DNA of 19,407 bases from Elusimicrobiota bacterium (GTDB lineage Bacteria > Elusimicrobiota > Elusimicrobia > Elusimicrobiales > UBA9959). The notes beneath the pieces were generated by a model. That model did no database searches. It had not been told where the DNA came from and saw only the letters and a program-made list of their open reading frames with translations. The stretch covers positions 1 to 19,407 of the forward strand of contig JBAXKK010000049.1 of the NCBI GenBank assembly GCA_037137395.1. Direction: 5' to 3'. A program made the translations under genes and the position numbers. This document shows positions 9,170-15,253 of this stretch, in pieces; within the stretch, counting starts at the first letter, position 1; each line of letters opens with the position of its first letter.

Positions 9170-9943
9170 ATGTACAACCAATTACAGTTGCGAGAAATAT
9201 TCCATATAGAGTTTTTGCGCTGCCTGGCCGCCGATATGCCCACGGGGGTTTGGGCGCTTAAGGGCGGGGTCAACCTGCGGCTTTTTTTTAAAAGCATCAG
9301 ATATTCCGAGGATATGGATATTGATGTGGCGGAGCTGCCGGTGGAGTCCGTTAAAAAACGGGTAATGCGGATTTTGAAATCACCGTCATTCCGGGAAAAT
9401 CTTAAAACCTACGGTATAACCGGGATAAGGCCGCCGGACATGGCGGCCGCCAAGCAGACGGCCGTCACGCAGCGCTTTAAGGTGCATATAACAACCTCGG
9501 CGGGGGAGGATTATTTCACCAAAGTGGAATTCTCAAGACGGGGCTTTCAGGGCGAACCGGCGGCGGAGCCGGTGTCTCCCGCGGTTTTGCGGCCTTACGC
9601 GATGGCTCCTCTTGTGGTGCCGCATTATCCGGCGGAGGCCGCGGCGGCCCAAAAAATTTCAGCAGTATTATCCCGCTCCGTGCCGCAGGCCCGGGATATT
9701 TTTGATCTTTACCTGTTAAGCGCCCAGGTGCGCCCTGGAGAGAAGAGGCTGACCCTGCCGGACAAGAGCGAACTGGTCAAGGTCCGTGAGAATATTCTCG
9801 CGCCGGGCTTTGAGTTATTCAGGGATGTCGTGGCCGCTTATCTCACGCCGGCAGACCGTAAGGTTTATTGCGCACCCGGGGTCTGGGACGAGATAAAACT
9901 TAAAGCTGCGGATTTCGTAAAGGAGCTTGGCGATGCCGCCTAA
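9170..9943 (+). CDS. AbiEii/AbiGii-family nucleotidyltransferase toxin (second copy, toxin first)
   Basis: ALKGGVNLR...RYSEDMDID NTase motif, KVEFS, QKISA...R...ARDIFDL. Confidence 0.85.
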   Translation: MYNQLQLREIFHIEFLRCLAADMPTGVWALKGGVNLRLFFKSIRYSEDMDIDVAELPVESVKKRVMRILKSPSFRENLKTYGITGIRPPDMAAAKQTAVTQRFKVHITTSAGEDYFTKVEFSRRGFQGEPAAEPVSPAVLRPYAMAPLVVPHYPAEAAAAQKISAVLSRSVPQARDIFDLYLLSAQVRPGEKRLTLPDKSELVKVRENILAPGFELFRDVVAAYLTPADRKVYCAPGVWDEIKLKAADFVKELGDAA

Positions 9944-10568
9944 TAATAAGACGCTGGCGGCCTGTTTAGGGCTTCTTGGGCGACAGATCTTTACCGCGCG
10001 GGAGCTGGCAGCCGTTTCGGGACGGTCGGCTTCAGTTGTGTCACAGGGGTTGGCTTTTCTTCAGAAACAGGGACTGGCTGTAAAGGTGGCGCACGGCGTA
10101 TGGGCTTCCGGCAGTTCCATGCCTAGCCCGTACGCGGTAATCCCGTACCTTTTTCCAAGGCAAAGATGTTATGTTTCATTTACAAGCGCCCTTCACCTGC
10201 ATGGTATCATAGAGCAGATCCCGCAGGTTATCACGCTGGCGTCCGTCGCCCACACGCGGGAAATTAATACCAACGCGGGGAACTATCTGGCGCATCATCT
10301 GGCGCCCTCATTCTTTACGGGTTTCAGCTGGCATGAAAAGGGCGGATTTTTAATCGCAGAGCCGGAAAAAGCGCTTGTGGATTGTCTTTATGTGTCGGCG
10401 TTCCGCAACCGGCAGTTCTCACATTTTCCGGAGTTGAAGTTTCCGTCCGCCTTCAGCTTTAAAAGAGCTGTCGCCTGGGCGGCCCTGATCAAAAACGGAG
10501 CGGCGCTGAAACACGCGCTTAAGCGGCTTGCGGAAATAAAAGTGGCAAGCGTAAATCGGGAAGCGTAA
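9933..10568 (+). CDS. AbiEi-family antitoxin / wHTH regulator (second copy)
   Basis: IFTARELA...LAFLQKQGLAVKVAHGVW wHTH, YVSFTSALHLHGIIEQIP, IAEPEKALVD. Start placed at ATG 9933 behind AAGGAG. The last codons and the stop lie inside array R4. Confidence 0.83.
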   Translation: MPPNNKTLAACLGLLGRQIFTARELAAVSGRSASVVSQGLAFLQKQGLAVKVAHGVWASGSSMPSPYAVIPYLFPRQRCYVSFTSALHLHGIIEQIPQVITLASVAHTREINTNAGNYLAHHLAPSFFTGFSWHEKGGFLIAEPEKALVDCLYVSAFRNRQFSHFPELKFPSAFSFKRAVAWAALIKNGAALKHALKRLAEIKVASVNREA

Positions 10569-10828
10569 AGCGGGAATAGTAAATCGTAAAGCGTAAAGCG
10601 GGAAGCGTAAATCGTAAAGCGTAAAGCGGGAAGCGTAAAACGGAAATCGTAAAGCGGAAAACGTAAAGCGTAAAGAGTAAGAAATCTCTGTTCTGCTTAT
10701 GGCCTAAATCGTAAAGCGGAAAACGGGAAGCGGAAATAGTAAGAAGTCTTTATTCTGCTTATGGCCTAAAGCTTATGGCTTATGGCGTAGTTCGCTTACA
10801 GCCTATGGCATAGTTATTCGCTTATGGC
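10548..10828 (-). repeat. Heptamer array R4 (inverted relative to the other five)
   Basis: 19 in-phase 7-mers at 10548-10680 (agcgtaa/atcgtaa/agcggga...), then two reverse-complement junction cores (10674-10696, 10736-10758) and ttatggc/ctatggc units. Confidence 0.92.
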
Positions 10829-10829
10829 A

Positions 10830-12032
10830 ATGAAAATCTTAATTATTACCGATCGGTTTTATCCTGAAGAATTTATTATTAACGATCTGGCATCCGAATG
10901 GGCGGCCAGGGGTTTCATTGTGGACGTGCTTACACAGGCGCCAAGCTACCCGTTTGGCAAGATCTTTCCCGGCTACTCCAACCGCCTTTTTTCAAGGGAA
11001 ACCTGGAAAGGCGTAAATATCTCCAGATTTTTTACCGTGACCGGTTACAGAAAATCCCTTTTCCTGAAGCTACTGTGCTATTTCAACTTCGCCTTTGTTT
11101 CAAGCATTATTGCGCTCTTGATAGGGCGGCGTTACGACATAGTATTTGTTTATCAGACCGGTCCCGTGACGCAGGCGCTCCCGGCTGTGCTTATACGTAA
11201 AGTTTACGGCAAGCCTTTTACCATGTGGGTGCAGGATGTCTGGCCGGACATGGCGTACGCCTACGGTTTTAAGAAAACATGGCTGATGAAGTCATTCCTT
11301 GATAGGCTGGTGGGTTTTATCTACCGTAATACCGATAATATCGTGGTTTCCTGCGCCGGGTTCGCCAAAAGCATAGAGCCGTATGTTCCCGGCAAACTGA
11401 TGCCGCATTTCCCCAACTGGCCGACAGTGACTCCCGACCAGACTGGCGGCGCTGGCGTTAAGCTTTCGGATAAGTTTAATTTCACCTTTGCCGGCAACAT
11501 AGGAAAGTTTCAGAATCTTGAGAATGTTATACGCGGCTTCGGGTTGGCCTTCGCCGAGAATCCTGACATGCAACTGAATATAGTGGGGGATGGTTCATAC
11601 CAGGAGCGCCTTAAGAAAATAGTGTTCCGGTATGCCATAGGCGGCGTGGTTTTCTGGGGGCGCAAGAAGCAGGAAGAGATGCCCGGGTATTTCAGGGCCA
11701 GCGATGTTATGGTAATCTCGCTTTGCGACCAGCCGGGTGTCGGGCTTACAGTGCCGGCAAAGTTTCAGGCTTATCTGGCCTTCGCCAAGCCTGTTTTCTG
11801 CGTTATGAACGGCGAAGTAAAGCGCGTAGTGGAAGAGTATAATACAGGCCTCTGCGCTCCGCCGGATAGCCCTGAACACATAAAGGCGGGGTTTCTCAAA
11901 TTTTATTCGCTAAAAGGTTCCGGCCTTGAAACTTTCTCCGCCAACTCACGCTTATTACTTGAAAAGATTTATAACAGGGAAAAGATAATAGAGGGGATCA
12001 CAGATTTAGTAACGAAAGCAAAATGCCATTAG
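10830..12032 (+). CDS. GT4 family glycosyltransferase (WbuB/CapL/WbjE-like)
   Basis: MKILIITDRFYPE start, VLTQAPSYP, WVQDVWPD, FAGNIGKFQNLE, IVGDG, VPAKFQAYLAFAKPV. The stop codon lies inside array R5. Confidence 0.88.
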   Translation: MKILIITDRFYPEEFIINDLASEWAARGFIVDVLTQAPSYPFGKIFPGYSNRLFSRETWKGVNISRFFTVTGYRKSLFLKLLCYFNFAFVSSIIALLIGRRYDIVFVYQTGPVTQALPAVLIRKVYGKPFTMWVQDVWPDMAYAYGFKKTWLMKSFLDRLVGFIYRNTDNIVVSCAGFAKSIEPYVPGKLMPHFPNWPTVTPDQTGGAGVKLSDKFNFTFAGNIGKFQNLENVIRGFGLAFAENPDMQLNIVGDGSYQERLKKIVFRYAIGGVVFWGRKKQEEMPGYFRASDVMVISLCDQPGVGLTVPAKFQAYLAFAKPVFCVMNGEVKRVVEEYNTGLCAPPDSPEHIKAGFLKFYSLKGSGLETFSANSRLLLEKIYNREKIIEGITDLVTKAKCH

Positions 12033-12166
12033 CCATTCGCCGTTGGCCGTTTGCCATAGGCAGAATAACGATCGCCATAGGCTATAAGCTTTAGGCCATA
12101 GGCAGAACAGAGATTTCTTACTCTTTACGTTTTCCGCTTTACGGTTCCCGATTTACGCTTTACGAT
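12025..12166 (+). repeat. Heptamer array R5
   Basis: gccatta gccattc gccgttg gccgttt gccatag gcagaat / gccatag gctataa gctttag gccatag GCAGAAC agagatttc TTACTCT ttacgtt ttccgct ttacggt tcccgat ttacgct ttacgat. Confidence 0.9.
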
Positions 12167-12188
12167 TATTGCCTTAGGGTAGAGCCTA

Positions 12189-12234
12189 TTGCGGATTATC
12201 AGGATATTATGCATAATATATGCATAATATTATG
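12189..12234 (+). promoter_or_regulatory. Probable promoter of AAA_14 gene 2 with overlapping palindromes
   Basis: TTGCGG (12189-12194), 17 bp spacer, CATAAT (12212-12217). Perfect 16-bp palindrome ATATTATGCATAATAT (12204-12219), tandem TATGCATAATA x2 (12208-12229) and palindrome CATAATATTATG (12223-12234). Confidence 0.55.
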
Positions 12235-13377
12235 GCAAATTCCTTTAAAAGAACTCTTTCCTTACCGTCCTTGCTGGGGACGGCGAGTCATTTTCTGTTT
12301 GGCCCGCGTTCAATAGGGAAAACTTACCTTATAAAAAAACAACTGCCGGACGCTAAGGTTTACGACCTTTTAGATTCGGATGTTTTTGGGCGGTTAGCCC
12401 GCAGGCCTAAAACGCTTGGTGAGGAACTTTCTAAAACAGATAAGCTGGTCGTTATTGACGAAATACAGAAACTCCCTGTGCTGCTGGATGAAGTACACCG
12501 CCTTATAGAGACGAAGGGAACACGTTTTCTGCTTACCGGCAGCAGCGCGCGCAAACTGCGGCATGGCGGCAGTAACCTGCTTGGGGGTAGGGCACGCCAG
12601 GCGCATCTGTACCCTCTTTGCTTCCCTGAAATACCGCATTTTGATCTGGTTACATATTTGAACCGGGGTGGTATCCCGCGTATTTTGCCGCTTGAAGATT
12701 ATGAAGCGGAACTGCGCGGCTACGCGGATCTATACCTGCGCGAGGAGATAACAGCGGAGGCTCTGGTACGCAATATAAGCCAATTTGCCCGCTTTCTGGA
12801 CGTTATGGCGCTTCAGAACGGCGAGGAACTGAATTATGAAGGTATTGCCAGCGACTGCGGGGTTCCGGCCCGTACTCTTCAGAATTACGTCCAGATCCTG
12901 GAGGAAACGCTGATTGGCTTCCCTGTGCATTCTTTCCGGGCCACAAAAAAACGCAAAGCTATCACGCGTTCCAAATTCTTTCTGTTTGATGTGGGCGTAA
13001 CCAACGTTATGGCCCAGCGGGGGGAAATTAAGCCTCGCAGCGAGCTTTTTGGCAAATGTTTTGAGCATTTCCTATTCCTTGAACTGCGCGCGTATCTTGG
13101 CTACCGAAGACTGCCGCAGGCGCTTCAGTACTGGCGAAGTACCACAGGGTTTGAGGTGGATTGTGTTTTAGGCGACCGTCTTGCGCTGGAATTTAAAGCT
13201 AGTGACGCGGTGACGGAGAGACATTTGCGCGGGCTTAAGGCTTTGCGCGAAGAAGGCCTGGTGCGGAATTTTGCGGTGATTTCACAAGATCCTGAACTGC
13301 GGGTGGTAGACGGTATAACCATATACCCGTGGCGGAAATTTCTGGAAGCCTTATGGGCGGATAAAATCTTGAATTAA
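12232..13377 (+). CDS. AAA_14 family ATPase with C-terminal DUF4143 / PD-(D/E)xK-like domain (second, divergent copy)
   Basis: Walker A GPRSIGKT, Walker B VIDEIQ, LTGSSARKL, LLGGRA, GGIP, FEHF...YWRS...EVDCV...LEFK. The start could alternatively be 12220. Confidence 0.88.
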   Translation: MANSFKRTLSLPSLLGTASHFLFGPRSIGKTYLIKKQLPDAKVYDLLDSDVFGRLARRPKTLGEELSKTDKLVVIDEIQKLPVLLDEVHRLIETKGTRFLLTGSSARKLRHGGSNLLGGRARQAHLYPLCFPEIPHFDLVTYLNRGGIPRILPLEDYEAELRGYADLYLREEITAEALVRNISQFARFLDVMALQNGEELNYEGIASDCGVPARTLQNYVQILEETLIGFPVHSFRATKKRKAITRSKFFLFDVGVTNVMAQRGEIKPRSELFGKCFEHFLFLELRAYLGYRRLPQALQYWRSTTGFEVDCVLGDRLALEFKASDAVTERHLRGLKALREEGLVRNFAVISQDPELRVVDGITIYPWRKFLEALWADKILN

Positions 13378-13427
13378 GGTGACACACAACTTAATTGCCT
13401 GTAATTAAGTTGTGTGTCACCTTAATT
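13372..13427. repeat. Perfect 25-bp inverted repeat with a 6-nt spacer between convergent genes (bidirectional terminator and/or REP-like element)
   Basis: AATTAAGGTGACACACAACTTAATT (13372-13396) gcctgt AATTAAGTTGTGTGTCACCTTAATT (13403-13427). Confidence 0.85.
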
Positions 13428-15253
13428 GGTATTAGAGGGCCGGAGGCGGGGATAGTGAATAAAATTTTATTGTTGAGTCCGCCTTTGAAAAGAGAACCGA
13501 ATCTGTCCCGGAAAGCCTTGTCTGTTTTTGCCAGAAGCACAAAATCATATCCTGCCAGATTTTTACGCCATGCTTGAGCGGACCAGTCGGCCGTCCAGAT
13601 GTCTCCCGGATAGTACGGAACGCCCAATGACCAGGGCGCGCTGCGCGTGCTTGTGACGCGCGGCGCAAGTTCATAAGCTAATATCCAGGCTTCGTAACCT
13701 TTTGAGTCCTGCCACACTATATAAACCCTCTTATCAAGGCCGATCAGCGGCGTGATGTTCCGTATCTGCTGCTGAATAGCGGCCCTTATATCGTTGTCGG
13801 GGGTTCCCCGCAGTTTTATCAGAAACTTTGACGCGGTGGAAAATGAAAGGAATAAAACCCACAGCAGAATAATTCCGGTAAGCGCGGGCGAAGGTTTCTG
13901 ACCCTCAGGATCTTCCGGTAAAACGCGTGACAGCAGGGCGATAAGCGCCACGCACCAGCCAAGTAAATAGATGTTAAGGTAGCGCCCGAATGAAGCCGCC
14001 CTTACGCCCTCATATTCGCCGAAGGAGTATAGATACATAAAAAGCATGCCGGCGAGATAAACCCCGAAGCCAAACATCATAAATCTAAGAGTTATCCCGG
14101 CTTGCGCGCGCTCCCGGCGCCGTTTCTCGGCTCTAAAAATTAATACTGAGAGGGCGAGCAGCAGAACTATTTGTATCTTAAAGGACAATAGCGATTTTTT
14201 AAACTTTATCAATGTCGCTTTGTCCCTGCCGGTGGCTTCGGTCCGGGAAAAACTTTTGCGGATCGCTGAGAGGGAAGGCTTTATCGTAAATGTCTGTGAG
14301 AGCCCCAAGGTCTTTACCCGGCTGCCCCAGCTTTTTGAGGCCGCAAGCGGGGCTAATATCAGCCCGGCGCACAGGATCATAAGAATGATACGCTTCTTGC
14401 CGCGGTCACCTGCCGCCGGCTCTTGCGCCTGTGATGTTAAGAGGTCAGTAATGATGATTGCCGCGGCTATCAGCGCCAGCAAAAGCCCGGAGGCTTTTAT
14501 CAGCGGGAGGATAAACAATACCGGGAGGGCGCGGATCATGGCGGCGGCGTCATATCTGCCGGAAATTAAATAGGCCGCCGGGACCAGGCCGAACAGGAAA
14601 CCCACCAGAAGATCCACATATAATTTCTGCAATTTGTAGCCGAAAAGAGCGAGGGCTATGCATGAGACGGCTATTATCGCCAATACCCTGATCCAATTAT
14701 TCCGGCAACGAGTTTCGGTTAAGGCCAGGACGGCCGAGAACAGAAAGAGCGCCTGGGCAAAATATGTCGCGCCTTCCGACCAGCCGGTAAAGCAGGTAAT
14801 GTAATATTGAAAGAGTGCGGTACCGGGGGGGTAATCTTTCAGGTACAGCGCGCTATCCGGCGCGGGAAAAGAATTCGAAAATAACATTTCCTTGGCGGCG
14901 AATCCCCAGTGTGAGAACTCATCCCAGGCGCCATAGCCCGCGCCCGAAAGCGTGAACCAAAGCAGTATGGCGGCGGCAAAAAAAAGAACCGGCCCAGGCT
15001 CAGTCAGGCAGGACCAGCCCGCTTTGGGATCTTTTCGCGCCTTATACAAGCCGATGATTCCAAGCGCGACGCCGGTAAAAGCGAGCAGGCGGGCGCCTGG
15101 CAGCAGTAAACCCGTCATGCCAGCCGCGTACAGAGCGGTTATGAGGGAAGAGATGGTAAATAAAGGGAGTGCGGCGGTCGGCCACCGGGTAAACTGACGA
15201 AGGAAAATAAAATATCCGGCGAATGAGGCTAGGAGTAAAATAAGGCCTGTCAT
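13391..15253 (-). CDS. Polytopic membrane protein, probable GT-C fold glycosyltransferase (GtrC/ArnT-like role)
   Basis: More than ten hydrophobic segments, a first large loop with acidic WDEFSHWG and DYPPG motifs, LYVD, and a soluble C-terminal domain. Translationally coupled (ATGA) to the GT2-GtrA fusion. Confidence 0.65.
   Translation of the reverse strand: MTGLILLLASFAGYFIFLRQFTRWPTAALPLFTISSLITALYAAGMTGLLLPGARLLAFTGVALGIIGLYKARKDPKAGWSCLTEPGPVLFFAAAILLWFTLSGAGYGAWDEFSHWGFAAKEMLFSNSFPAPDSALYLKDYPPGTALFQYYITCFTGWSEGATYFAQALFLFSAVLALTETRCRNNWIRVLAIIAVSCIALALFGYKLQKLYVDLLVGFLFGLVPAAYLISGRYDAAAMIRALPVLFILPLIKASGLLLALIAAAIIITDLLTSQAQEPAAGDRGKKRIILMILCAGLILAPLAASKSWGSRVKTLGLSQTFTIKPSLSAIRKSFSRTEATGRDKATLIKFKKSLLSFKIQIVLLLALSVLIFRAEKRRRERAQAGITLRFMMFGFGVYLAGMLFMYLYSFGEYEGVRAASFGRYLNIYLLGWCVALIALLSRVLPEDPEGQKPSPALTGIILLWVLFLSFSTASKFLIKLRGTPDNDIRAAIQQQIRNITPLIGLDKRVYIVWQDSKGYEAWILAYELAPRVTSTRSAPWSLGVPYYPGDIWTADWSAQAWRKNLAGYDFVLLAKTDKAFRDRFGSLFKGGLNNKILFTIPASGPLIPIKVTHNLITGN

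Noticed and set aside
9282..9289. T8 tract in AbiEii-2 (and an A run near 1340 in AbiEi-1) as phase-variable slippage sites
   Set aside because: Both are short A/T runs explained by FF and KK codons, and both frames are intact.
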